62,358 nucleotides of DNA, taken from positions 1 to 62,358 of the forward strand of contig CAYUWD010000001.1 in the NCBI GenBank assembly GCA_964448235.1, in the 5' to 3' direction. The translations under genes and the position numbers were made by a program. Below are positions 28,021-38,819 of this stretch, in pieces. The first letter of the stretch is position 1. Every line of letters starts with the position of its first letter. The notes under the pieces were generated by a model, which made no database searches, was not told the origin of the DNA, and worked only from the letters and a program-made list of their open reading frames with translations. Source of the stretch: an uncultured Bacteroidales bacterium (GTDB lineage Bacteria > Bacteroidota > Bacteroidia > Bacteroidales > ML635J-15).

Positions 28021-29487
28021 TTAGTTTTTAATTATTTTAGTCGAATAGACTGTTACACCTGCATCAATCTTCAAAAGATATAATCCTGAATCCAAAGACA
28101 TAATATCTATTTGACCATTTTGAAAGATCTGCTCTTTATTTATTAATTTTCCATCTACAGAATATATCTCAACCATTATGTTACTATCTGATTCAATGTT
28201 TAAAACATCGCTAACTACTGTAGGATAAACTTTAATCCTGACATTTTCAAAATTCTCAAATATATTACTGGATATATTAGCATTATAATAAACCTCAATT
28301 ACACCACTTTCAGAAACTGCATTTTCGTCTCTACCAGGGATTCCTATTGCAACTGTACTACCAATTGCATCTAAAGAAACATTAAAACCCATATTATCAT
28401 CATCAACAGTTTCTCCAAAGATTGAATATCCGGGAAATTCTTCATTTCCATAAGGTCTCCACAGACCACTATAAAGTTTCAACACATCTGCCAAACCTCG
28501 TTCCTCTGTTCCTCCTGCTACTGCATAACCTGGAGATCCTACAGCAAGTAAATCTCCTACTGCATTCAAGCTAACTGAAGAACCTGCCAAGCTATTTTCA
28601 CTATTACCATAGAAGGTATTACCTAATTGTTGCCAGTCATCTGTTACAAATTCGTAAACTTTAACATAACCTATGTCGTCAATTATACCTTCTGAATCTT
28701 TACCGTCCGGAGCTCCCGCAGCAATTATAGTTCCATCACTGTTTATAGACACATCCGAACCGAAATGACTGTTACTACCATCACCGGTTAATACACTGCC
28801 TTTAAGAGACCATGTCCCTTCATCGTATTCATATACACTAACCGTTCCCGAAGGACTATGATATTTAGACCCTATAACGACAGTATTTCCATCTGTACTT
28901 ATGTCGGTTCCCCACCCCATCATTTGTCCTGATTCACCATAAATAATATCACCTTTGAGTTCCCATGAGCTTCCATTCAATTGATAAATGCTCAAGGATC
29001 CAGTTCCGGAATTATCATTAGTAGCAGTAATTGCGATTACATTTCCGGTATCATTTAAAGAAAATGAATATCCGAACATTACACTACCAGTCTCTCCGAT
29101 AATGGTATCTCCAAGCAAAACCCAGGCATCTGCATTTCTTTCATAAACACATACATATTCTCTGCTGCTCCATGCTCCGCCACTCATGGCAACAATAGAA
29201 CCGTCATAATTTATGGAAACCTCTCCATTTAGATTAGCACTACTCTCGTCAGTAAAGCCATCTCCTATTTGCACCCAGTTATCAGATACATTTTTCTCAT
29301 AAACTAAAGCAAGATTAGAGGTTGAACCAACAATAACCGTTGAGCCATCGCCACTTATCTCAACATATTTTAAATACTGATACTCAGTGTTTTCGCCAGG
29401 AATTGCATCTCCAACTTGATTCCATTGAGCGAATAAACTAGAAAAAATCAATAAAATTAACCCTGTAAAAACTATTCTCTTTTTCAT
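28021..29487 (-). CDS. T9SS-secreted FG-GAP-like beta-propeller protein (paralogue of 26569-28014)
   Basis: Same repeat pattern; VYPTVV..LDSGLYLLKI CTD. Confidence 0.85.
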   Translation of the reverse strand: MKKRIVFTGLILLIFSSLFAQWNQVGDAIPGENTEYQYLKYVEISGDGSTVIVGSTSNLALVYEKNVSDNWVQIGDGFTDESSANLNGEVSINYDGSIVAMSGGAWSSREYVCVYERNADAWVLLGDTIIGETGSVMFGYSFSLNDTGNVIAITATNDNSGTGSLSIYQLNGSSWELKGDIIYGESGQMMGWGTDISTDGNTVVIGSKYHSPSGTVSVYEYDEGTWSLKGSVLTGDGSNSHFGSDVSINSDGTIIAAGAPDGKDSEGIIDDIGYVKVYEFVTDDWQQLGNTFYGNSENSLAGSSVSLNAVGDLLAVGSPGYAVAGGTEERGLADVLKLYSGLWRPYGNEEFPGYSIFGETVDDDNMGFNVSLDAIGSTVAIGIPGRDENAVSESGVIEVYYNANISSNIFENFENVRIKVYPTVVSDVLNIESDSNIMVEIYSVDGKLINKEQIFQNGQIDIMSLDSGLYLLKIDAGVTVYSTKIIKN

Positions 29488-29507
29488 AATCTATTTATTA
29501 TTTAATT

Positions 29508-31487
29508 TTAATTACTTGCATCATCAATTTTTTTACTTGCAGCTTCGTACCTCTCGGTAAAACCTGGAATATCATGACAATTATAAAGATTTTCCCATTC
29601 TTCACTATATTTGCCAAATTGTTCCATTAACTCTGTCAATTGATTAATTGCATCCATATCATAAGGATTTTCCTGAACTCTTTTAATAATTTGAGGATAT
29701 TTATCAGCAAACTCTTCATATCTAATAAGAAAATCTTCACAATCTGAATTTGCAGAAATGGAATTTTCATCTGTAATATTACCATCTGAATTATTTGTTT
29801 GTGTTTCAGAACCTGTATAATTTCCTGTATAATTTGAATTTAATCCGGAAAATGGTCTATCTCTATCCTGAACTAAAATATTATCAATTTTAGAAATTGG
29901 GAAAGAAGTACCAGAACCGATACATTTATTCTCAATAATCACAGATCCTTCTTCTTTACCATCCTGAGTTAATTTAAGTTTAAAAGTAATAACACTTACC
30001 TCGTCGTTGGTATCAGGATGTGACTCATCTAAACAAAATACAGAAAAAATAACATCTCCAAAACCTTCACCTTCGGGCACGTTAATGCTAATATCAGCTG
30101 TTCCATTACCAATGTCCTCAATTTTTACATAATCTGGTTTTATTACTGTATAAAATGAAATCTTATCGCACTCAGAATCTAATGCGGAGATACTTCCCCT
30201 CCATGATTCTCCTGGAGCAATATTTGTTTTACCAGTGTATCCTGAAATATATGGTGGGTAATTGCAATTCACATTTTGTTCATTATTATGTACTTTTAAT
30301 AAATATAAATTATTATTATAATCAGATGCATAAAAAACAAATACATCATCTTTGCTATTAACTAAAATATCCGTATAAGGAGTTGCTTCATCTCCCTCAC
30401 CTTCATATATTTTTTGCCATTTTTGTTCACAGCTACACGAACGTTCATAAACTTGCATATGAGGTCCGCCAAATGCAATATAATACTTCCCTTTACTGTC
30501 AATAACAATTGCAGGAGCTCTTTTTGAAGCAGTTTCACCAAAACTATGGTCTATCATCCACTCTCCATTACTACATCCACTTTTATCCAACACATTAATT
30601 CCATGAAACCAATTTAAGCCTTCCTCAACCCAATCAAAATAATCAAAAAATACAAACACCGGATTTCCTGCAGGATTTGTAGTAATAGATGTCTGATGTT
30701 TCCAGGCATTCATCTCGCCAGGTTGAGAGAATTTTTCAAAAGCCTCAATATCCCATTCACCACCAGAGATTTTCTTAGATGCAAAATGCAAATCTCTATC
30801 ACCACCAATAGTAATATAAACCATATCTCCTGCTGTTGCAATGGATGGATCTGCTGCATAAGAAAACTCATTTGCTATTCCTGGCATTATCATATCCATT
30901 TGCCATTTATCCGAATTTGCAGCTTTATACCAATACACCGCAGACATCCAATGTTGAACACCTGTTTGATCCGTCACACTAGCACAAGCATATAAATGCA
31001 AACCACCATTTTCATCAATGCACATATCAGTGTATTCATCGTGAATTCTAAATTTCATGAAATCTGATGATTCATTAGCGTTTTTAAAAGTCCATTCTTC
31101 GTTACAATTACTTATATGTTTTGTATCCCAATAAATATTTTCCTTGTAACGGCCAAAAATAGCAATGCTAATATTATCGTTATTATCTATAGCAATATTA
31201 GGATAAGTCGACTCCTCCTGAGTTTCTTTATAATGATTATCAAAATAAGTTAAATGTTGATATTTCCAGGATCCAGATCTGTTAGTTCCAAAATAAACAT
31301 GATTGTCAAATCCTACAAAGACGATATAAAGATTGTCCTTACTATCAACAGCAGACTTAACATGCTGTATTCGAGCACTTGAGTTTTCATCAGTAAAAAT
31401 TACACTTTTTTGAATAGTATATTCTTGAGCAATCATACTTAATAAAACACCCAGAAAAAACGTTAAAAATAATGTTATCCTTTTCAT
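29508..31487 (-). CDS. Secreted propeller-like + Ig-like protein with a helical DUF6591-like C-terminus
   Basis: Signal peptide; repeated IAIDxxxNI/L blades; C-terminal CEDFLIRYEEFADKY helices. Confidence 0.65.
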   Translation of the reverse strand: MKRITLFLTFFLGVLLSMIAQEYTIQKSVIFTDENSSARIQHVKSAVDSKDNLYIVFVGFDNHVYFGTNRSGSWKYQHLTYFDNHYKETQEESTYPNIAIDNNDNISIAIFGRYKENIYWDTKHISNCNEEWTFKNANESSDFMKFRIHDEYTDMCIDENGGLHLYACASVTDQTGVQHWMSAVYWYKAANSDKWQMDMIMPGIANEFSYAADPSIATAGDMVYITIGGDRDLHFASKKISGGEWDIEAFEKFSQPGEMNAWKHQTSITTNPAGNPVFVFFDYFDWVEEGLNWFHGINVLDKSGCSNGEWMIDHSFGETASKRAPAIVIDSKGKYYIAFGGPHMQVYERSCSCEQKWQKIYEGEGDEATPYTDILVNSKDDVFVFYASDYNNNLYLLKVHNNEQNVNCNYPPYISGYTGKTNIAPGESWRGSISALDSECDKISFYTVIKPDYVKIEDIGNGTADISINVPEGEGFGDVIFSVFCLDESHPDTNDEVSVITFKLKLTQDGKEEGSVIIENKCIGSGTSFPISKIDNILVQDRDRPFSGLNSNYTGNYTGSETQTNNSDGNITDENSISANSDCEDFLIRYEEFADKYPQIIKRVQENPYDMDAINQLTELMEQFGKYSEEWENLYNCHDIPGFTERYEAASKKIDDASN

Positions 31488-31508
31488 ATTATTTCTTTTA
31501 AATTTTCA

Positions 31509-31516
31509 CAAAACTA
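31509..31516 (-). promoter_or_regulatory. -7 promoter box (TAGTTTTG)
   Basis: TAnnTTTG match 22 bp upstream of ATG 31487. Confidence 0.5.
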
Positions 31517-31565
31517 AGCTTTTAATATACATTATACAATTAAATATTGTTAAGATTTACCAAAA

Positions 31566-31937
31566 TTAACATTCTGATATTTCTTTTCTATACATTGATG
31601 GCGTTTTCCCTGTATGTCTTTTAAATGCTTCAATAAAGCTAGTTCTATTGCTAAAGCCAACATCAGAGATAACATTTTCAATTGTATATTTCCTGTCTAC
31701 ATCTACATTAAAAATTTTTATTGCATATATAATTCTATAATAGTTTATTAATTGATTAAAATTAGATTTAAAATGCTTATTAATCACAACTGACAAATAC
31801 TGTCTGTTTGTATTTATCATTTTTGCAAGAGAATTAATATCCAGACCAGAATTCAAATAAACTTCCTCTTCAATAAGCTTATTAACTGCAATTAAAATCT
31901 CTTTTTCTTTTTCTATAGGAATACAATTTCCTGTCAT
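31566..31937 (-). CDS. Stand-alone AraC-type HTH protein
   Basis: YLNSGLDINSLAK..NRQYLS...GFSNRTSFIEAFKRHTGKTPS. Confidence 0.8.
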   Translation of the reverse strand: MTGNCIPIEKEKEILIAVNKLIEEEVYLNSGLDINSLAKMINTNRQYLSVVINKHFKSNFNQLINYYRIIYAIKIFNVDVDRKYTIENVISDVGFSNRTSFIEAFKRHTGKTPSMYRKEISEC

Positions 31938-32035
31938 TATTACAAATAAATGATTTATAATATTTCAAAAATATATACAAATAATTTTTAATGCAATTAA
32001 GCTTTGTCAAGATTGGTAAAATTTAACAAAAAAAA

Positions 32036-33760
32036 CTAAGATTTATCTGCATTTGCTTTAAAATAAGAGGGTGTAACACCAGTATATTTCTTAAATGCAC
32101 TAATAAAAGAAGTCCGATTGCTAAAGCCAGAACTTTCAGCAATACTTTCCATCGTATATTTATCAAAATCAGAATCTAAAAGAAGTCTTCTTGCCTCTTT
32201 AACACGATATTCATTAATAAAAGTGCTAAAATTTTTACCAAAACATTCGTTTATAGTTTTAGAAATGTACTGTCTATTACTTTCAAGTGCTTTTGCTAAC
32301 TTATCTATCGTAAAGTCAGGTTGCAAATAAGATTTTTCCTTAACAACATATTTTAACAATTTATCAGCAAGGTCATTATTTTCTATTACACTCTCATCTG
32401 TTTGTTGAATAATTACTTCTTCCTTTGTTTGCTCACATTTTACAGCCTGAACATTCATTTTAACCAAAGCTTTATAGGCTATATGCTTTTGAATATAAAA
32501 CCTCCAGATAATTAATGTAAGAATTAGAGCAACTGCTAGTATTGATGCCAGAATTATAATAAATAGTCTTTGCTTTTGATTTTTATCTTTTTCTAACTGA
32601 TTTTGTACATTTAAAAACTCAATTTTCTGTTTTCTCTTTTCAGTTTGGTATTTAGTGTCAACTTCAGCTATTTTCTCAAGAGATTCAATGCTATAAACAC
32701 TATCCATACAAATATTATATTCGTTAAAATAGTTTTGTGCACTTTCAACATCACCATTTTTTAGACTTATTTCAAATAAATAGCTTACAGATTCAGCAAT
32801 GCCATCGTAATTACTTTCTGTTTTAGCCATTTGATAAGCATCTAAAGCATATCGTTCAGCTTTTTCGAGATTACCAAGTTCAATATAGACACTACTCAAA
32901 GAATTTTTTGAGATTCTTATTCCATAATAATGCTCTAATTTCTCCTCTATCTCCAACGATTTTAAATGATACTCCAAAGCTTTATTATAATCTTCAAGAT
33001 TTATGTAAACATTTCCAATATTACTATAAGCTGCTGCGATTCCGGTATCCCAACCAATCTCTTGAGAATAACGTAATGTTAAATCATAATACTCAATTGC
33101 CTGAGTATAGTTTTCATGTATTTTTTCGAGTATGGCAAACTGATTATATATTCTTGCATACATCGTCTTATCTTGAATGATACTATTTAGATTCAGAGCA
33201 TGCTTAATATATTCGTTAGCCTTTTCATATTGTTCAATAGATCTGTACACTCCTCCAATATTAAGGTATGAATCTATTAGCAATATTGTATCATTTGCTT
33301 TATCACTTATTTTTGATGCTTCGACATAATTAACAATTGCATTATCAAAATCCCCACTAAATTCATAAACTAATCCTAAATTTTTGTATGCATTTACAAT
33401 GCCGTTCTTATCATCAACACGTTTTGCAATGCTCAAATAATTATTAAAGCAGATTAATGCACTATCATGCATTCCTAGAGTTTCATAACATATCCCAAGA
33501 TAGTTACTCATATCTGCACTTTCCTCGAGCATATTAGCACTTAGTGCATTATTTCTAGCTGCACTGAAATATGGTAAAGCAAATCGCACATCTTGTAAAC
33601 TAAAATAATATGAAGCAATATTCACATTTGCATGATACTTTTCTACTTGAGAATTAGCATTTCCTAGTTTATAAAGCAAACTATCTTCTTTAGACTGAGA
33701 AAACATTGTACCTGCTAGCAGCATTGACACAAATAAAAAAATCAGGTGAGTTTTAATCAT
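32036..33760 (-). CDS. TPR-sensor / transmembrane / AraC-HTH regulator (574 aa)
   Basis: TPR repeats (AYSNIGNVY), TM segment, AraC C-terminus. ATG 33760 preferred because a -7 box TATATTTG (33779-33786) overlaps the TTG at 33781. Confidence 0.92.
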   Translation of the reverse strand: MIKTHLIFLFVSMLLAGTMFSQSKEDSLLYKLGNANSQVEKYHANVNIASYYFSLQDVRFALPYFSAARNNALSANMLEESADMSNYLGICYETLGMHDSALICFNNYLSIAKRVDDKNGIVNAYKNLGLVYEFSGDFDNAIVNYVEASKISDKANDTILLIDSYLNIGGVYRSIEQYEKANEYIKHALNLNSIIQDKTMYARIYNQFAILEKIHENYTQAIEYYDLTLRYSQEIGWDTGIAAAYSNIGNVYINLEDYNKALEYHLKSLEIEEKLEHYYGIRISKNSLSSVYIELGNLEKAERYALDAYQMAKTESNYDGIAESVSYLFEISLKNGDVESAQNYFNEYNICMDSVYSIESLEKIAEVDTKYQTEKRKQKIEFLNVQNQLEKDKNQKQRLFIIILASILAVALILTLIIWRFYIQKHIAYKALVKMNVQAVKCEQTKEEVIIQQTDESVIENNDLADKLLKYVVKEKSYLQPDFTIDKLAKALESNRQYISKTINECFGKNFSTFINEYRVKEARRLLLDSDFDKYTMESIAESSGFSNRTSFISAFKKYTGVTPSYFKANADKS

Positions 33761-33968
33761 TTGTTTTTTAGTTTGACACAAATATATAAATCTTCGCGAG
33801 TTATTATTAAGAACAATTATAAGTATATTTTCTAAAAGATTTTAATCTTCTACTCAAAATCTACAGTTCAAACCAGCATAAAATACAACTAGAAATCAAG
33901 AATATAATATTATTAACAAACGATTTCAAGAATTAAATAATCTAGATATTTATTATTATCAATTGATT

Positions 33969-34313
33969 TTATTTATCAAGACATGTTTCGGGAATCCAGC
34001 CTGTTACATGATTTGGACCTGAAACAAGTTTTACCTTAACCCAATCATTATCTTCTTCTAATAATTCCACCTTATCACCACTCCAGACAGCATAATAAGT
34101 TTCTCTACCAACTACTTCAGTTGCAATTTCATTGACTAAACCTCCATTTTCTTCTCCAGATCCCTGATATATAGTTTGATTATCACACTTAATTACAAAT
34201 TCCTTTTGCACATCTTCGTCTTTATCAGAATTTTTAGCATCACTTCCACCACAAGCCACAGTAACAACAAATGACATTAAAGCTATAAACACATACAATA
34301 TTTTCTTTTTCAT
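33969..34313 (-). CDS. Small lipoprotein with an SH3b-like domain (114 aa)
   Basis: ATG 34313 (MKKKILYV); lipobox VAC; KVELLEEDNDWVKV...GWIP. Confidence 0.7.
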   Translation of the reverse strand: MKKKILYVFIALMSFVVTVACGGSDAKNSDKDEDVQKEFVIKCDNQTIYQGSGEENGGLVNEIATEVVGRETYYAVWSGDKVELLEEDNDWVKVKLVSGPNHVTGWIPETCLDK

Positions 34314-34332
34314 ATAAAGCCTATACAGTAAT

Positions 34333-35172
34333 TTACATTTCAATTGGATAATCAACACCCAAATATGTAACAATTGCATCATTATCACAAGTACCATCAC
34401 CATAATTAACTGTCATAGTAGAAAGACCTTCAATATCAACATCAAGAATACCTGCTCTAATCCACCCACAACAAACTCTAACATCTAGTTGTTGTTGAAC
34501 AGTCAAAAGATAGGCAATACTATCAGAACTAACACCATTTTGTGTACCTGTAACATAATAGACATCATCACATATATCTAATGTTGTATCGCCTTCTGCC
34601 CATTCTCTATTAGTGTTTTCTTCGTAGTAAATTACTTTATTTGTTATTGGAGCAGTAACTTTTCCATCGATAATCTCAACTGTATAAACATAATTATCAT
34701 CCGCATTACATCCATCATTTGTAACAATTTGAGTTCCTTCAACTTTGAAATCATTTTGATAATAATCTTCAAATGTAATAGTAATAACAGTACCTTCTAC
34801 ACGATAAAATCCTGTAGTTTCAAAATTAATAATACCCCGACGCTCCCTTCCGTCCTGACACAGATAATTTGATGTTCCATAATCTACACATACTGTTTTT
34901 GGCCATATTTGAGGATCAATATTATCTATTGTAATAATAGGATAATCTTTAGTACCATTCTTCGTACCATCAACTTGTTCATCTGCATATTTAGCGGCAT
35001 CATCCGCTTCGCTAAATGAATCAGAGAATAATTTATTAACCAATGCATATTCTGCAATTGCACTAACAGCCTCTTCTGTTGTAGGAGTATTATCAACAGG
35101 TTCAGGCTCTTTACACGAAAACATTATTACTCCTAAAAGAGTAACAAAAAAAAGAATAATATACTTTGTCAT
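34333..35172 (-). CDS. Conserved hypothetical Bacteroidota lipoprotein
   Basis: Lipobox FSC; DGRERRG and YGDGTCDN motifs. Confidence 0.8.
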   Translation of the reverse strand: MTKYIILFFVTLLGVIMFSCKEPEPVDNTPTTEEAVSAIAEYALVNKLFSDSFSEADDAAKYADEQVDGTKNGTKDYPIITIDNIDPQIWPKTVCVDYGTSNYLCQDGRERRGIINFETTGFYRVEGTVITITFEDYYQNDFKVEGTQIVTNDGCNADDNYVYTVEIIDGKVTAPITNKVIYYEENTNREWAEGDTTLDICDDVYYVTGTQNGVSSDSIAYLLTVQQQLDVRVCCGWIRAGILDVDIEGLSTMTVNYGDGTCDNDAIVTYLGVDYPIEM

Positions 35173-35227
35173 AATTTTTAAATTTTAGTTTTTCACAAGT
35201 TATAAATTTTTATGTAAAGAAATTCAA

Positions 35228-36214
35228 TTACTTAAAAAAACTTTTAACAAAAATGTCATTTGATAAGCCAAACATATAATTGTTTAAATCAATATCCGCC
35301 AAAGATTTTATAATATCTTCTCTGACTATTTTACAACCCATCAAACGATTCTCAACATCAACAATTGACTTTTCGGAAAAGAAATCTCCATAAATTTTGA
35401 TATTCTGTATAATATCATCTTCAATATTTGCAAAAACCTCGACATTTCCGTTTTCAAAAGACCAAGATTTATACTTTGACAATTCCTCTTCTTTTCCATA
35501 ATTCCAATCCCAGACAGAATATTTCTTTTCGACTAATTCATTTATTTTTTCTGTATCTTCTTGTGTAAGATTATAAACTATCGCCTCAGGAGACTTACTT
35601 CTAACATAATTATGAAGCAGATCAAGAACCTTTTCTGTTGAGATTACCTCATCCATATATTCAGAAACATTTGTTACTCGACCTTCATTAGATTCTAATT
35701 CGTGTTCTTGATATTTTTCATCATTAAATTTCAATGCATCTACTAAAGAAGTCATATTTGAAGAAATTAATAATGTCCCATGGTGCAATATTTTATTCTC
35801 CATAAATAACCTTGCATGTCCACTAAATTTCTTCCCATCAATTACTAAATCATTTCTTCCTACGAACTCAGCATCTACTCCTAATTTTTCTTTTACAAAC
35901 TCTATAATAAAGTTACTCAGCTTACTAAAATCTGTTAATTTAGATCCATCTCTTTTATGTATTTTAGAAAAATTAATATTCCCATGATCCTGAAAAACGG
36001 TACCACCTCCAGAAAGTCTACGAATAACTTTAATATTATTTTGACGCACATACAATGCATTTATCTCTTGATATGTGTTTTGATTTACACCAACGAGAAT
36101 TGAAGGTTCGTTTATTGCAGAAACAAACACGTCCTCATTAAAATTTTTCAATAAATACTCCTCAAGAGCTAAATTAAAATATGCATCTGTAGATTCAGAT
36201 TTAATTATTAACAT
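35228..36214 (-). CDS. lplA: Lipoate-protein ligase A
   Basis: FNLALEEY, RRLSGGGTVFQD, RNDL..DGKKFSG, HHGTLL, WDWNYG. Confidence 0.95.
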   Translation of the reverse strand: MLIIKSESTDAYFNLALEEYLLKNFNEDVFVSAINEPSILVGVNQNTYQEINALYVRQNNIKVIRRLSGGGTVFQDHGNINFSKIHKRDGSKLTDFSKLSNFIIEFVKEKLGVDAEFVGRNDLVIDGKKFSGHARLFMENKILHHGTLLISSNMTSLVDALKFNDEKYQEHELESNEGRVTNVSEYMDEVISTEKVLDLLHNYVRSKSPEAIVYNLTQEDTEKINELVEKKYSVWDWNYGKEEELSKYKSWSFENGNVEVFANIEDDIIQNIKIYGDFFSEKSIVDVENRLMGCKIVREDIIKSLADIDLNNYMFGLSNDIFVKSFFK

Positions 36215-36355
36215 ATGTTTAGGTTTAATATTTAGTTTGTAAAACTATATGTAAATTTACAAAAAAACAAGGAAATAGCTAACGCAAATGATATATGGAA
36301 TATAAATATCTAAGTCAAAACTTTAAAAATAATTATATATATATACACCAAAACA

Positions 36356-37171
36356 CTATTCATCACTATGTAAATAATTGACTTTTTGATACAATTTATA
36401 TTTATATATTATAACTGTAATAAGATCGTATTCTGTCAAATTCGCAATAAAATCCGGACTAAATCTACACCATTCGATAAACAAATTGGTTTCTTCCCTA
36501 GATAAACCAGTAATTTTCATTATTAGATCTGAACTTACTTTACTATCAATCACATCATTCAGGTTATCTTTCTTTTGAATTTCTTCAAGCTTTCGTCTTT
36601 CTTTTCCTTCTTTGCTAAACATATCATACAAAGCAGATATAGGGCTAAAAACTAAACCAAATCCCGATGCATTTACTCTAGTATAATAGTCAAGATCAGG
36701 TGGTCTAAAAGGAAAATTTCGACTAGCATAAACATAATCATCATCATCTAATTGCATATTTACTATTTCATATTCTAACTGCTTATACCTTTTTAACGCA
36801 ATAATATCTATAGAATTAATTTGATAAATTTTTGTATCTAAGAAAATAATTAAAGGTTTATTATTATCAGAAGCTGAATCATTTATTACTACATATCTTT
36901 TATCATATCCTAAACTAGAAAAGGTCAAAGTATCATTAAGCATGGCCGATATCATAAAATAGCCAGAAGTATCTGTAATAGTTCCTCTTCGAGTTCGTTT
37001 AACATAAACATTAACATATGGTAAAGGATTTCCATTAGATTCTTCAAAAACATATCCGGCAACAATTACCCTATTTGATATTTTAAGAAATTGTGATTTT
37101 GCTTTATTATTAAATAAAATAAAGCAAAATATTAAAAATACTATTAGTAAGCTTTTATGCAAAATGAACAT
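36356..37171 (-). CDS. Carboxypeptidase-like regulatory domain protein
   Basis: GYVFEE..PLPYVNV...GTITDTSGYF...FSSLGY. Confidence 0.85.
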   Translation of the reverse strand: MFILHKSLLIVFLIFCFILFNNKAKSQFLKISNRVIVAGYVFEESNGNPLPYVNVYVKRTRRGTITDTSGYFMISAMLNDTLTFSSLGYDKRYVVINDSASDNNKPLIIFLDTKIYQINSIDIIALKRYKQLEYEIVNMQLDDDDYVYASRNFPFRPPDLDYYTRVNASGFGLVFSPISALYDMFSKEGKERRKLEEIQKKDNLNDVIDSKVSSDLIMKITGLSREETNLFIEWCRFSPDFIANLTEYDLITVIIYKYKLYQKVNYLHSDE

Positions 37172-37220
37172 TTTAGTACTTTAAACGAACAAACAGTAAA
37201 TTTATTTACAATTTAAAGGA

Positions 37221-38687
37221 TTAATTAAATATTTTTCTCAAAAATTCCTCAGTTGCACTATCTTTTGCCTTATAATAAAACTCATTTGTTTTTTTTGAAT
37301 AATGATAATCTCCAATCATATCTTCAAAATGCAGTGCAATTTCTTCAATTGAATCCAAAATAAATTTAAGTTCATTATTGCTAGTTGTTGGATGTATTGA
37401 AAGACGTACCCACCCTGGTTTTTCAGACAAATCGCCTGATTCAATTTTATGAGTAAAGCTGCTTGATTTTTCTTTATTCAGATCAAGTAAAAAATGTCCA
37501 TAAGTTCCTGCACAAGCACAACCGCCTCTAGTCTGGATACCATATCTATCACTTAATATTTTTACAACTAAATTATAATGAATTTTTTCTATATAAAAAG
37601 AGATTACACCTAAACGATCTCTTATTTGGTCTGCTAAAACAGTAATATTAGGGATTTTGTCAAATCTATCAAAAGTAATCTTTAAAAGTTCTTTCTCTCT
37701 TTTCAATATATTATCAGTCCCCATTTCTTCTTTAAGTTCTATTGCTAAAGCTGTACGAATACATTGTAAGAATCCTGGAGTACCTCCATCTTCACGAGCT
37801 TCAATGTCTGAAAAAAACTGATATTCACCCCAAGGATTAGTCCATTCAACAGTTCCTCCACCTGGTTGGTCAGGACTTTTGCGATGGTACAGTTTTTTAT
37901 TAAATATCAATACACCTGAAGCACCAGGACCACCTAAAAATTTATGTGGTGAAAAAAATATTGCATCAAGATACTCATCTTCTTTCTTGGGATGCATATT
38001 TATGTCTTCGTAAGGAGCACTTGCTGCAAAATCTACAAAACAGAATCCCCCATACTCATGCATCAAAGCAGCCATTTTATGATATGGTGTATGCACTCCC
38101 GTAACATTTGAACATGCAGAAAAAGAACCTATTTTAATTTCCCGATTTTTATATTTCTCAAGATTAAGCCTAAGATCTCCAAGATCAACTAAAAGATTTT
38201 CGTCAGGTTTTAGCACAACAACATCTGCTATTGTTTCGTACCATGATGTATGATTAGAATGATGCTCCATATGAGTAATAAATACTACTGGTTTTTCTAT
38301 CTCATCAAGACACCTAACTCCAATCAATTTGCCACAGGTCTTTAATCCAATAATTCGTTGCAATTTTACGACAGCTGCAGTCATACCAAATCCGGGAGTT
38401 AACAACACATCATCATCACTGGCATTCACATGCTTTTTTATAATATGTTTTGCTTCATGATAAGCATTTGTCATTAAAGTTCCGGTCGTATTTGACTCCG
38501 TATGTGTATTTGCAACGTATGGACCTATCAAATTACTTATTTTATCCTCTATTGGCCTATACAATCGACCGCTTGCAACCCAATCAGCGTATACAATTTT
38601 CTTTTCTCCGTATGGAGTTTTATGAATTGAATTAACTCCAATAGTATTTTCTTTAAATTTTTTGAACCTTCTTTCCAGTGTTGACAT
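37221..38687 (-). CDS. Class V PLP-dependent aminotransferase (cysteine desulfurase/selenocysteine lyase-like)
   Basis: YADWVASGR, EHHSN, SPHKFLGGPG (PLP Lys), RGGCACAG. Confidence 0.92.
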   Translation of the reverse strand: MSTLERRFKKFKENTIGVNSIHKTPYGEKKIVYADWVASGRLYRPIEDKISNLIGPYVANTHTESNTTGTLMTNAYHEAKHIIKKHVNASDDDVLLTPGFGMTAAVVKLQRIIGLKTCGKLIGVRCLDEIEKPVVFITHMEHHSNHTSWYETIADVVVLKPDENLLVDLGDLRLNLEKYKNREIKIGSFSACSNVTGVHTPYHKMAALMHEYGGFCFVDFAASAPYEDINMHPKKEDEYLDAIFFSPHKFLGGPGASGVLIFNKKLYHRKSPDQPGGGTVEWTNPWGEYQFFSDIEAREDGGTPGFLQCIRTALAIELKEEMGTDNILKREKELLKITFDRFDKIPNITVLADQIRDRLGVISFYIEKIHYNLVVKILSDRYGIQTRGGCACAGTYGHFLLDLNKEKSSSFTHKIESGDLSEKPGWVRLSIHPTTSNNELKFILDSIEEIALHFEDMIGDYHYSKKTNEFYYKAKDSATEEFLRKIFN

Positions 38688-38819
38688 ATACTCTGTTTTT
38701 ATTATAAAATACTAGCAATCTACTAAGATATTCTTAACTAAATAATTGTGCAATTTAATTAAATTTTTACTTTGCAAAATATCGGAAGGATAATTTATAT
38801 TTAAAATACTAATAAATTT

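Noticed and set aside
36209-36219. AACATATGTT palindrome over the lplA start codon
   Set aside because: Only 10 bp, no spacer and AT-rich; expected by chance.
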